Shown here: one piece after another, positions 38,308 to 51,734 of the stretch
How the letters are laid out: every line of letters begins with the position of its first letter
Numbering within the stretch: position 1 is the first letter of the stretch
NCBI RefSeq assembly: GCF_006345805.1
Contig: NC_043005.1
Coordinates: forward strand, 42,222,001-42,286,000
DNA from: Octopus sinensis
Lineage: Eukaryota
Length of the DNA stretch: 64,000 bases
Direction: 5' to 3'
Position numbers and translations under genes: made by a program
The notes under the pieces: model-generated
Seen by the model: only the letters and a program-made list of their open reading frames with translations
Database searches by the model: none
What the model was told of the DNA's origin: nothing

Positions 38308-38859
38308 GAGTGAGAGAGCAGTTCATGCCATCAAAGTAACACTGGGGTAAAATATACGAAGCCCAATATACCCATCATGACTACCCGTCTCATAAAGGTA
38401 CCCAGGCACATGCATCACAACCATATGTGCGCGACATGGTGATCTCATATCAAGATAAACAGCACATGACCTTGCAGATGGGGCCAGTTAGAATTTTCTT
38501 CAGGTTGAGTAGCCCATCCCGCTCAAATGGTCCCTGAATAAGGGTTGTTTAAGGATGTTGAAAGAACCACCCATGTTTCCAAAGGTGAACTATTCAAACC
38601 CCAAAGAATCCATCTCAACACATGGCTATGATGCTCCCCCACTACTTCTGCTCGTGATCAGAGATGCACATATCGTCAGCCACTAAGGGACATGCTCAAC
38701 TGGTTACGGTCAAACAACTGACAAGCAAATCTGTGGTATTGAGCAGAATATTTGCTGTAGCCCATCTTTTATACCAAGACAAAACAATGTACATGATAAC
38801 ACTTCCAATCAGTTAATATCAGAAGCCATGAGAGCCACTGCCTGGTACTGCATCAGGGA

Positions 38860-38863
<4 letters not shown>
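37133..38863 (-). mobile_element. Three family B elements in tandem (37133-37601 truncated, 37679-38235, 38308-38863) separated by (ATT)n
   Basis: All match 720-1277. Copies 2 and 3 share private variants. Confidence 0.9.
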
Positions 38864-38910
<47 letters not shown>

Positions 38911-41459
38911 CATTATTATTATTATCATCATCATCATCATCATAATCATCATCATCATCATCATCATTATTATTATTATTATTATTATACACATACGACA
39001 GACTTCATTTTCCGTCTACCATCTCCACTCAAAAGGCTTTCATCGACTAGAGGCTATAGCAGAAGACACTTGCCAAAGTTGCCACACAGCGGGACTGAAC
39101 CCAACCCAAAACCATGTCACTGGGAAGAAATCACCCACACCAGTGCCTGTACGTCTATCAATTCAGATGAAAAGGCTAATGGCTTTGTTGCCATAGGTAA
39201 CAATTAAAAGTAGGCCTGCTGATAGTGGAAGTAAAGATTAAATCAGAGTGAAGTTGAGTAAAATTTTGAAGACTGTATTTATTTTCTTATTTTGCTCCAA
39301 ACGAGACTGCGTTCCTCAACGATAAAGACGGTTTCTACGGAGAGGGTCAGTGTATTTCCTCTTTTTGGGGTTTCAGCCTCACTAATAAAATTAGCTCGAT
39401 TATTGTATCGAGTCTGACTTAAGTCTAATTCAGAGTTAGTCTGTTTACGCACCCAGATATTCTTTACCATTTCAATTACAATCAACTTGGCGTTGAACTA
39501 CAATGGTGCCGCTTTCATCAGAGAAGCTGAATCCTACAGTATGGGCAAAAAATGTGACCCTCGCAGTAAAATAAAAAAAAAAAAGCACACAGCAAAATAC
39601 TATAAATGCACATTAATAATATTTTCATTGACACAAGAAAACGAATATGCCCACCATCACTTCCAGGCATCCACACACACCCATACCATAAAAATAAACT
39701 TTATACATATTTATATAGTAGTAAATGTATGTATACGTATACGTGCAAGTATGTGCGTGTGTATGTGTATGTACGCGCACGGACGTGTGATGTGTATGTA
39801 TTCGTATGTTTGCCGTAGTAGATAGGCTATATAGTGTAGAAGATAGACATAGATAACGATAATTAGATACGTGCATGGAGATGAATCGCTTCTCGACACG
39901 CAATCACGCAATCAAGAGATTCTAATCAGGTTTGAGAGCCAAGGAAAGCCCGATGCACTAAAATCCATCACTAGGCAGATATATGACCATATCCTTTCTC
40001 GCCTTTCATTCTAAGGCAGCATTTCTCCAACACCACTGAATTTCAATGAACAGAAGAAAGCCGTGGTTAGTCGTCGCTAACCAGGAGAGGGCGAACGCAG
40101 TTATTATTATCGCTGCTTTCTTGTCATTAATGCATATATTTTATATCTGCGTAAGAGAGTTTTGAATGGACATACTTTTGTGTATACGTCTGCATGTATG
40201 CGAGCATTTAATATGTAAGCGCAGGTTCCTGTTTGTGAATAATGTATGTGGCTGTATTATCAATGTGTGCGCCATTATTTTTTTATGTCTACGTGTGTTT
40301 GTGTGTCTGTGAAAAAGTACCTGAATTCCTATCTACAAGTTCGTGGACTGCTGCTGTTTCTTTTTGTTTGCTTTGTTTTTCGCTTGTTTATTCATCTTTT
40401 TTGTGTGTATGTCTCAATACACCTATATCCATGTCAAATCCGTATAACTCTGCAGGCGTAAATGTCGACATAGTACGGATAAAAAAAAAAGTATTTCCGT
40501 TATTTAGTATTTACGTGTGTGAGTATTGCATATATACATACATAAAAACATATATGTGTATGTGTTTGAGAGAGAGAGAGAGAGTTTCTGTGTTTGTATA
40601 CATCCATTATATATACATATGTTTACATATATACGTATGTGTATAGTTATATATATATATATGTATATATATGCGCACGCATACACACACACATACACAC
40701 ACACACACACACGTACACACACATATATATATATATATAGATACGCACATATTCACTTAACTTACATAGAGGAAGCATTCGAATCAGACATCCGACCTGT
40801 CTTTCACCTTTTCCCTGCATATATTCAATTGTCGATGTTTATTTAGGCTGAGAGAGGGTATCAGCTGCCTCAGTCTGCCCAATCATGACTAACCTATAGA
40901 GAACAAATATATGAACATATAAACAGGTGGACATAGCATCACAAAAATAGTCATGTAATTGCATATTTAGCATTCAAACTTATAGACATAGAGAAAGCTA
41001 TATTGGTGAGTGTAAAATTGACAATGCGTAAGAGTACAAGTGAGTGGGTGTATTTTTGTGTGTGTGTGTGTGTGTGCTTGCGTGTGTGAGTGAGTGCGTC
41101 TGTGTGTGTGTGCGTGCGCATGCGCTTGCTTGGTTTGTAAAAGTAACTGTTATTTCAAGTACATTGTTGTATGATATTCTCATTTATGAACCTAAGTTCA
41201 CCTTTATATTTCCGAATATCGAGACAAATATGCTTAACAATGTTTATTAGAAGTAACATTTCGGAATTATTAAACTCTCCTATGAATATTTGCATTATAT
41301 TTCAGTGTAATTTACAATATGTTCAACCGTCTAACCAATACCTAGTTCTAGCATACAATTCTTTCTTTATTATTGCACTCTGATATCAATAAAATTATTT
41401 TTCAAATGCTGTATCAAATGCTGTATATTTACAAGGACCGGAGATTCGTATGAAGACAT

Positions 41460-41703
41460 TGGCGGCGAGCTGGCAGAAACGTTAGCACGCCGGGCGAAAT
41501 GCGTAGCCGTATTTCGTCTGCCGTTACGTTCTGAGTTCAAATTCCGCAGAGGTCGACTTAGTCTTTCATCCTTTCGAGGTCGATAAATTAAGTACCTATT
41601 TCTTTATTACCCACAAGGGGCTAAACATAGAGGGGACAAACATGGACAGACATAGGTATTAAGTCGATTATATCGACCCCAGTGCGTAACTGGTACTTAA
41701 TTA
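41460..41703 (+). mobile_element. Chimeric family A SINE: sense head/core joined to an antisense tail
   Basis: Head identical to the 42008 copy. After AAGTACC the sequence is the reverse complement of a SINE tail. Confidence 0.8.
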
Positions 41704-42007
41704 TGATGATTTCTAACAACTACTTACCCATTTTTATGTGAATATTCTTACAGAATCTCTTTTCCCGGAATTGTTTCAGCAATTTTTTAAGCATTTTCAG
41801 CAGAAGAATGGCACTGCTTATGATCTTCGTAAGGGGTATCCTGAAGCGGTAAAGGTAGGATAAAAAATTCACAATTAATGGTCTGTTATATAGTGTTGTA
41901 GAATTGGGTTCATTTATCGGTAATCAATAAAGTTCACGACTTCGATTAAGCGATGCTTCAATGAGGAATGCACTTCCGTTTAGGACCGGAGATTCGTATG
42001 AAGACAT

Positions 42008-42237
42008 TGGCGGCGAGCTGGCAGAAACGTTAGCACGCCGGGCGAAATGCGTAGCCGTATTTCGTCTGCCGTTACGTTCTGAGTTCAAATTCCGCAGAGG
42101 TCGACTTTGTCTTTCATCCTTTCGAGGTCGATAAATTAAGTACCAGTTACGCACTGGGGTCGATGTAATCGACTTAATCCGTTTGTCTGTCCTTGTTTGT
42201 CCCCTCTATGTTTAGCCCCTTGTGGGTAATAAAGAAA
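42008..42237 (+). mobile_element. Family A SINE, intact monomer with TSD
   Basis: Flanked by the direct repeat TATGAAGACA. Confidence 0.9.
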
Positions 42238-42804
42238 TATGAAGACAATGGCAGCTTTTGCCGCTGCCGTTATAAATGTCTCTGATATGGATGCTGCTGC
42301 TGCTATAAATCGACTGGCTGTTACTCCGAGTATGTTAAGACCAGAAATAAAAACGGAGTTATGATATCCTCAGAAGCATCAGCACAAAAATCAGCTTAGA
42401 TTCCAAGAATGCGAAAGTTTTTCATGTTTTTCATCGTCGAAGAGCAGCAATTCCAACGAATTACCTTGCAACGATTATGAAGATATGGGAAACTTGCACG
42501 GGGAACGAAACATCAACAGGCAAAAAAAAAGCATACTGGAAATCCTTCACAGGATGGCGTCTGGCAGATCACTGTTCACGAACTTCATGATTATTAGAAA
42601 TATTAAAAAGAGTGGAAAGTTTCAAAAGCCGAAACGTGCTGTTTTGTTCTCTAAGTGAGAATGTCTTTACCATTTGTTGGTGGATGCACTTGCTTACTGA
42701 AGTTTTACCCCATTAAACTATGTTGTATTTATCTCTGGTGGGCACATTACTATACAAGATTTTTTAACCCTTCTGCTTAGCGTATATTGTATTATATGGT
42801 CAGA

Positions 42805-42866
42805 ATTCTTCTTCTTCTTCTTCTTCTTCTTCTTCTTCTTCTTCTTCTCTACTACTACTACTACTA

Positions 42867-42926
<60 letters not shown>

Positions 42927-42955
42927 ACTACTACTACTACTACTACTACTACTAT
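42805..42955. repeat. Compound (CTT)n(CTA)n(CTG)n(CTA)n microsatellite
   Basis: Seen directly. Confidence 0.9.
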
Positions 42956-45033
42956 CATTATAACGTTTTTCTTTTGCTTTAATTTGAACGAGCTGCACCC
43001 CAGTCCCAACTAGAAACCTCAAAACCTCAAGGGACATTTTAAAACTGATGTCTGTTTTTTAAAAATAATAAAAATAAATTTTTACTAAATTTATTATAAA
43101 ACTAAACGTATAAGGTTGTGTTTACATGGAAAAAATATGTAAAGTACCCATAACTATGATCTTATACTATCCCCTTATTTTAGAACAGCCAGGAATTTGG
43201 TGTGCATATTTGTTTGCTTATTTTGTTATCATTCCAAATGGCCAAATAACAATTGGTAATATTGTTGATGGCATTTACATAACAAGTACCAGTAAAGTTC
43301 TAAGATTCGTTCCTGCTCCTGTACAACTTCGAAGTCTTGTACCAAAATTAGATATCTTTTTTTTTATTTCTGTTCTTTTTGCTTAACACAAGTAAATAGT
43401 ATATTGTTTCGTGTTCATTTTTTTTTCTTTTATATAATGTTTAAGTTTTCATTCAACTAGGTTTCTTCTTAGTTGTATAGATTTAATAATTATTTCTCTG
43501 TGATCGTTATCATATTTGAAGTTCGATGTTAAATGAGGGGTGTTGCACATCATACGCATATACACGTATAAATACATTAACCGTATATTAAAAAAAGATA
43601 ATCAAAGATATAATATGGAAGAAATCAGAAAATAATTCAAGTAAATTATTGAACGGAAAGCATTATTCAATTTATTTCCTACTCTTTATTTGCAATAGCA
43701 GATTCCATACCTAAATTACTTGTGATTTAAATACATTTCTCTATAGATATGATGCACTTCTTATTACGTTTCTAAAATAATCCAGTATACTCTCTACTAA
43801 GTTATTCTCGAAAAGGAGGTTTATTCAGATAAGAAGTCATTAACTGTTTTTGCCATCCGCACAATGCACTGTCATTGTAAGTTGTTTTTATGCATTTTTT
43901 ATCTGTTTGTTTGTTTGTAATTTAAGATTTATTCATGTTTATATTCAGACAATAAATCCTTAGTAATAGCAAAGAAATATTGAACATTACCACGCGATAC
44001 TAGCTTCTAAGTTAGAATAAATCTAAAATAAAGCATTTCCCAGTTGTCTATTGTATCAGAAAAATAACTTAACGAATTCTAACTAGTTTAATGTTTTAAC
44101 ACCCAGTTTTCTTAATAATTGAGTGGTATTAGAGATATTATATGTACTTACAATTAATTACCAACAACGAATCAATATTTTTTTTCCTGCCAACATAATA
44201 AAGCTAAACATCTTGAAACAGAAAGTGGAATAACATTTCTGTTTCCTTTTTTTATAATTAATAAGTTCAACCTCTCAAACTAACTAATTAAAATGTTGTT
44301 CATTGAATCCAGAATATTGCAACCATAATTAAGAAGTTTAAATGCATTTTTAGAAACTTATACAATTTTCTTAATAAAGCAATATAGATTCTGGAAGTGG
44401 GTAGCAAGACAATTTCATTGTGTCGATTGTTTGATAGCTTTTAAATTTTCGTAATAGTCTGTCGGCTACCATGACGTTGTCATAACAAAGTCCCAGCTTT
44501 GCGATAAGATAATAATTCCGTAAAAACGATACATAGTACAAAAAACAACTTTGAGTTAACCATTGTAAATAATAAAGTTTAAAACATTACAATGCCTAAT
44601 GGTTGAGTTGATATTTCAAAAGTGCATTAACACAAACACTAAAAACCTTTTATGTGAAGTGGCAAAATACAAAAGAATATTCAGATATCTTTATATAATT
44701 TTCAATAATTTAGAAATATAAATTATTTCTATTTCCTATCAGTTAATTGTATTTTTAAGGTTTTATTTTATCGGTTTTCTCTCTTTTAATTTTTAATAAA
44801 GTTTTACATATTTAAATAAGTAATAATATGGGAAAAGAGAAAAAGAGACAACTACAAAAAATATATTTATGTACATAAATGCTGAAATATATATTTATAT
44901 ACATACATTTTGAACAAAAGTCTGCACAGAGAAGACACACACCACACACACACACACACACACATACACGGACACAGACATGGACACACACACACATACA
45001 CATGGGCACATACATCTATACATATATATATGT

Positions 45034-45077
<44 letters not shown>

Positions 45078-45444
45078 TTATATATATGTACATGTACATG
45101 CATGTATATACTTGTGTGTGTGACTATATTTATATGCTTAATTATATATGTTATGCATAATGTATATATGTGTGTATGTATACGTATGTGTATATATATA
45201 TATGTATATATGTATATATATATTTACATATCTATCTAATAATATATATACATGTGTGTGTGTGTGTGTGTGTGTACGTATGTGTGTTTGTGTTCGTTTG
45301 TGTGTCTGTGCGTGTGTGTGTGTGTGTGTCTTAGGCTTTTATATGGGTAATACTAACCATTATATATATTCGAAAAATGCTGGGGAAGGTACAATGGATG
45401 AGATTTTGGGATGGAATCAACAGTATATATATATATATACATAT

Positions 45445-45660
45445 ATACTTTATCTAAAAGCAGCAGAAATGTAACGAAAGCTGTTACTCGGAGTTTCACG
45501 TTCTCGTTCGTCGGACAGTTTTGTTATCAGCCGAAATTGCTAAGATGATCTGGTTCTTGACTGATGACTGAGGGCTTCGAATGTCCCGTCCTGTGGTTCT
45601 TGTGTCGTCTCTGTGGTGTTTCATGTTCTTGTCCATGTCTGTAATTATTTTTACTGTTTA

Positions 45661-45662
<2 letters not shown>
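45445..45662 (-). mobile_element. PLE-like element, family P2, in (TA)n, with hammerhead fold at 45481-45518
   Basis: Reverse complement reads CTGT-CCGACGA-ACG-AGAA-CGT-GAA-ACTCCGAGT-A-ACAG. Homologous to 63545-63775. Confidence 0.65.
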
Positions 45663-45700
<38 letters not shown>

Positions 45701-46297
45701 CTCAAGCAGTGAGTACAGTATCTTTATAAACAAAGCGAATTATACTAATAAAATGGTAGTCGCTTGAGAAAGAATAAATAATGTGAGTATTTAGTGGGAC
45801 ACGAATCTATGCCTCCTTTTTTTGCTCAATACCAAGCAACGATAACTCACCACCTGCAGGAAAGTCCTCATAACATTAAATCATTTACTACGACACATCT
45901 TTGGCCTCCAGTGTGGTGTCGCATAGTTTTAATTGTTTTACGGGAATGCTCTTTGTCGTAGAACAATTATTTCATAGCCGTTCCAAAACACTATGAAATG
46001 AAACGTTAACAACACGCTGGCACTTGTCAGAAACATTGATTTTCATTTACAATTTGAAACGACTTGCAGAAATTATGTAACTGACCAGCATTTTTTTCAT
46101 GGAAACATTTATATATGTCAATATATTGCGCTGTGTCCATGGAGGATGTAAAGAAGTAATAATGATGAATCGATTATTAATGCTAAGCGTGCCAGAACAG
46201 TAAATTATCAAATGTTATGTAGCATGTAATGATTTGGCAGTAAATGAGTCAATCATACAAACAGAGAAAATAAGTGTCGAGATACACACACACACAC

Positions 46298-46850
46298 GCG
46301 GTGAGCTGGCAGAAACGTTAGCAGGCCGGGCGAAATGCTTTGCATTATTTCGTCTGCCGCTACGTTCTGAGTTCAAATTCCGCCGAGGTCGTCTTTGCCT
46401 TTCATCCTTTCGGGGTCGATTAAATAAGAACCAGTTATGCACTGGGGTCGATGTAATCGACTTAATCCGTTTGTCTGTTCTTGTTAGTCCCTTTTATGTT
46501 TAGCCCCTTGTGGGTAATAAAGAAATAGGTATTTTGTTTGCCTTTCATCCTTTCGGGGTCGATTAAATAAGTACCAGCTACCCACTGGGGTCGATATAAT
46601 CGACTTAATCCGTTTGTCTGTCCTTGTTTATCCTCTCTGTGTTTGGCCCCTAGTGAGTAGTAAAGAAATAGGTATTTCGTCTGCCGTTAAGTTCTGAGTT
46701 CAAATTGCGCCGAGGTCGACTTTGCTTTTCATCCTCTGTGGGTCGATTAAATAAGTATCAGTTACGCACTGGGGTCGATATAATCGACTTAATCCCTTTG
46801 TCTGTCCTTCTTTGTCTCCTCTATGGTTAGCCCCTTCTGGGCAATAAAGA
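46298..46850 (+). mobile_element. Family A SINE trimer
   Basis: Three tails, each of the first two followed by GGTATTT re-entry. TSD-like GAGATACACACACACAC on both sides. Confidence 0.85.
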
Positions 46851-46869
46851 ATTGAGATACACACACACA

Positions 46870-47510
46870 CATTATTTTATTCTTTTATATTTTTCAGTCA
46901 TTTAACCCCAACCACACTGGAGCAGGGCTTTGAAGGATTTTAGTCGAACAAATTGACCCCAAGACTTTTTAAAAACTTATTACTTATTCTACCAGCTACT
47001 TTTGCCGAACCGCTAGGTTACGGGGACGTAAATGCACCGACGCCAATTGTCAAGAGGTGATAGGAGTACAAATACAAAGACAAGCGCATAGATATATACG
47101 TATAAATGTGTACGACGGGCTTCTTTCAGTTTCCGCCAAAGGTGCCACGTAGTGGGACTGAACCCGGAACCATGTGGATGGAAAGAAAGCTTCTTGCTAT
47201 ACAGCCATGCCAGCACCTATATATATTCTGTCCCTTCTTTCAGTTATTAGGCTGTAGGAGAGCTAGAGTACCTCCTTGGAAAATATTAGTCGAACGAATC
47301 GACCCCAGTACATTAATTTCAGCCTGGTACTTATTCTATCAGTCTCTTTTAAACATACCAACACTGGTTGTCAGGTGGTGGTAGGGACAATCACATACAG
47401 AACGACGAGCTTTCAGTTTCCACTTACCAAATCTACTCACAAGGCTTTGATCGGCAATAGTAGAAGACATCTACTCAAGGTATGACGCAGTGGGACTGAA
47501 CTCGACGATA
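46870..47510 (-). mobile_element. Two family O SINE copies, partly deleted
   Basis: Blocks colinear with 8625-9072. Confidence 0.75.
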
Positions 47511-47659
47511 TATTGTGTATGCGTTCTTCACTGTGTGTACGTGGGCGTTATATTAAAGCGAGCACTACTTTCAACTTAAAGATCTTTCTTCTTTTAGTTA
47601 TTTATGTTTACTTTGGAACAATATAGTTACCAGTTCCGTTAACGGTTCAAAACCTACTC

Positions 47660-47870
47660 GGCCTCCACCCCCGATATGTAATAACATTAATTTTTGAGGA
47701 GTGGTAAGTTGTTTACATGGACCTCAATATTTAACTGGTACTTATTTTATCAACCCCGAAAGGGATGAAAGGTAAAGACGACCTCGGCAGAAATTGAACT
47801 CAGAACGTGAAGATGGACGAACTGCCGCTAAGATCTTGCCCGGCGTGCTAACGATTCTGCCAGCTCACCA
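47660..47870 (-). mobile_element. Family A SINE
   Basis: Reverse-strand head, B-box and core. Confidence 0.8.
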
Positions 47871-47981
47871 CCTACTACGAGACTGAAGAGTAATCTGAGC
47901 GGTCATGGACGAAAAGTCAGAATGCTTTTGACAACAACGAAGCACAAAGAGAGATAATCTTCCGAACATGGAGCAATCGTC

Positions 47982-48060
<79 letters not shown>

Positions 48061-48581
48061 ATATGTATGTATGTATGCATGTATGTATGTATGTATGTAT
48101 GTATGTATGTATAACACAGTTACACACGCAATGTGTACGTAGGCGCTTATACTCCCACGCACACAGCTATATACTCACATATGCACACACACACACATAC
48201 ACACGTGTCTATGAAAGTAATATTATTGCTAAAGATATTAAAGTGTATTCTTAATAACGGATGCCAAGAAATAATATCATCTAAAATCTAAGGCTTCCTA
48301 ACGTTTTAAACAATTGATGCGTACATGTAAATCTATATGCATTAATTTATGCGTGTTTCTGTGTTTAGCTACCTACACAAAAATATTGTAATCCTCCATA
48401 CACCTCCAAGTGCAGTTTTAAAAGCTTACTAGCTAGTTATTTTAACACGATTTGTTACAGAAGCAAAAAGTTATGCTTTGGAGTTTTATTGACTGCAGTA
48501 CTAAAAATATGGAATTTAATGAAATACAAGCGCAGAAGAAAACCTACTGGAACAAGGATGCCACAACTGTATATGAAAGAT

Positions 48582-48790
48582 GCGGTGAGTTGGCAGAAAC
48601 GTTAGCACGCCAGGCGAAATGCTTAGTGGTATTTCGTCTGTCATAACGTTCTGAGTTCAAATTCCGCTGAAGTCGACTTTGCCTTTCATCCTTTCTGTCG
48701 ATAAATTAAGTACCAGTTTCGTACTGGAGTCGATCTATTCGACTGGCCTCCTCTCCTAAAATGTCGGGGCTTGTGCCTAAGGTAGAAACG
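48582..48790 (+). mobile_element. Family A SINE
   Basis: GCGGTGAGTTGGCAGAA head, B-box, core and tail. Confidence 0.85.
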
Positions 48791-49027
48791 AATATATGAA
48801 TGATGCTATTAATCTTTGCATATAATTTTGTAAGCTATAGAGAAACTCTCTATGCAGCTATCTAACCTAACAAAAATGGCAGCCAAGCTACAGCAACTCA
48901 TTCTAAGAATTGGTTTAAAATAGTGATTTTTTGGCAACGAAGTTCTAGCTTTATTTAGACAGCTGAGATGGAAGTGACTGGAACGCCTTTACTCACAGTT
49001 TGTATCTGTAATAAATCCAATTCTTAA

Positions 49028-49240
49028 AGGCAGCGAGTTGGTAGAATCGCCAGAACGTCGAGCAAAATGCTTTGCAGTAGTTCCTTGGGCTCTTTAACTT
49101 CTGAGTTCAAATTGTGCCGACAGCAACTTTCCTTTCATATTTTCGGGGCCGATGAAATAAAGTACAAGTCAAGTACTTGGATCGATGTAATCGACTATCT
49201 TTCTCTCCCTAAAACTATTGGCCTTAGGTCAAATTTTTAA
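49028..49240 (+). mobile_element. Family A SINE (degenerate)
   Basis: GGCAGCGAGTTGGTAGAA head and GAGTTCAAATT. Confidence 0.75.
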
Positions 49241-51403
49241 AGAATTATGCACCATAATCAGCGCTCTCCGAAAGAAAAACCTTCTGTCTTGTTTTGTTTT
49301 GTTTTTCTTCCAGCTGTGATCTTTAATTAACTCAACCCGAATAATCAAACTAAATTAGAATCACGTTTTATAAATTACCACTTGTAAGAATAAACTGTGC
49401 AATAAATGTTGATTTTAGTATAATCAACATCCCCAGTTTTGTCCTATAACCCCTGATAAACTTTACACATTTCTACATCAATTATTCTGCAAATCAAAAG
49501 TGTCATCTATTAGATAGCATGCAAAGCCTGTATATAGCAATATGGAGGAGAATCAGCGGGATCTTCGTGTATTGTTGAATAAGTAACAATCGACCATTAG
49601 TTTTAATAAAATAAATATAGCAATACGGCGCCATTCCCATAAAGACAATCCTAGATTGGAGTAGCTAAAATTTATGATTAGAGGTAATTACCTAAATTGG
49701 ATAAAATAAAAGTTAACAACCAATAGACCTTTTGGCAACACAATTTAAGAACCTAACCAACGAGGAACCTCTATGGAGTCACTTCTCCGGCTATAAATAA
49801 TCCCACCTGCACCACCACCAATCACGCCTTAAAATGACCACGTTGGACAATGGTGTATTCGCTTATTGCACTTACAAAAACACGGAATGGTCACGGTTGG
49901 ATTACTGTTGATCGTTTGCCTGTTAAGTATGTTTTACTTTCTTGACTTCAACGAAACTAGAAAAACAGCTTTAGCGTTTAATCAATTTCAGTTCACTTTA
50001 TTACCTCCATAATTTTGCTTAGTAATCCCCTATTCTAGTAAAAAGAAAAAAAGGACGAGCACTCTACGATTAACTAAACCCATACCCGTAAAATATATTG
50101 TTAAAAAATACAACTTAAAAACAATTAGTACTTTTTAAAAAAAAAACTAATGAGCTGATGCAACAGATCCAACTGATTATAAATAGAATTAGGTAAAGTG
50201 GAAAAGAGAAAGACAATCTAATCGTTAGCAAAAACGGTGATTTTCATGTTATTAGACCTTCTCCGCTACATCGATCAAGGGAAGGAATATATACGATTAT
50301 ACAACTTACTCCCGGCCCCCAAATTGCGGGACTTGTGCCAAACTTTGAAGCCTGTATATTTCTAATTCAAGGGAAATTTATCACAAGTCATGCAATGCTT
50401 GGAATCGAGTAGTTTTGTTACGCCTACCATTAATATTCTTTTCCCTATGTTTAAGAAATGTTTAAGAAATGCATGCGAGACAAAAACATAGTATGTTATT
50501 AGAAAAATATAAGCATTGGTATACATTATAATGTGTTTTTACTGTGGCAAACCAAATTGCTATTTTTATATCATATGACTATGATTAGTGTTATAAATGC
50601 AATTATGATCTGGAGACATTGACTCTTACAGAATAACTGTCACACAAGAAATAATCAACTGCCAGCAACACATTTATATACTGAGAGAAAAACCTTAACT
50701 TCTGACACTTGTAAATGGGTTTATAAACTACATTGCTTTAATTTCGTTTCTTTGCATTTTTATTTTTTTTTTGATTTTTGTAAATTAATTTTCCTGTTGC
50801 AACATTATTTCTGCTTTCAACTATTAATTGATCTTATATACAAAGTACTTTATCGCCTATACCGCAAAGAATCATGGTTGTACAATAGAATAGTAAAAGC
50901 ATTTTTAATATTTCCTGTTAAACATTCTTTTAAATATACACGTAATCTCAGCAGGGCAACTCGTTTAAGACCAAAAGCGACGTTAAACTACATCAATACT
51001 AACTTCGATAGTGTCTTTGGAAATCAATTTTTGTACTACAACTCATACGGTCACCCGTGGTTGACTCTCTTTCAATATCCACTGAATATAGTAAAATATT
51101 CAAGAGCAACTGATAGCTTGAAGGGAATAATACTAAGGTCATAGCGATGTGGGTCAAAGCTCTGTTCAGAATAAAGTATTATCTCCTACTTTTTTAACGA
51201 GTGTCAAAATTGAACAGTCGTAACATTGGCATACATGGTTGATTCTAATTCAGACACACATATCTTTTATATATTGGTATCTCTGGTGCATGTGAGTGCA
51301 GAAACAAACTTGTTGTTCACATGTGCAGAACTGTACGTGCATACCGATTATTTATAGCCGCGCTTTCAAACACATCTATGCACAGAAATACACATATATG
51401 TGC

Positions 51404-51434
<31 letters not shown>

Positions 51435-51599
51435 TGTATGTATGTATGTATGTATGTATGTATGTATTATGTGTGTGTATACAGAGATCACACGCACACA
51501 CATCACATGCATGATTATGCATGTGCGAGTCTTTGCAAAATCAAAATTCAAGCAAATACAATCTTTGCTGACTCGAGAGAAATAAATACGTACGTCCAC

Positions 51600-51663
51600 G
51601 GGCGTAGTGGTTAAGAGCGCGGACTACTAACCCCAAGATTCCGAGATCGATTCCAGGCAGTGA

Positions 51664-51667
<4 letters not shown>
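51600..51667 (+). mobile_element. Minimal tRNA-head SINE with (AAT)n tail, family C
   Basis: GGCGTAGTGGTTAAG A-box, GATCGATTCC B-box-like, ends GTGACCTG followed by (AAT)n. Related copies at 57390-57509. Confidence 0.75.
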
Positions 51668-51716
<49 letters not shown>

Positions 51717-51734
51717 TAATAATAATAATAATAA

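Noticed and set aside
39279-39530. Protein-like frames on both strands, including a cadherin-like FSFSDESGTIVVQRQVD
   Set aside because: Short, with conflicting strands and weak splice support.
50752-51144. 130 aa ORF
   Set aside because: Non-ATG start, low-complexity AT-rich N-terminus, and no recognisable motif.
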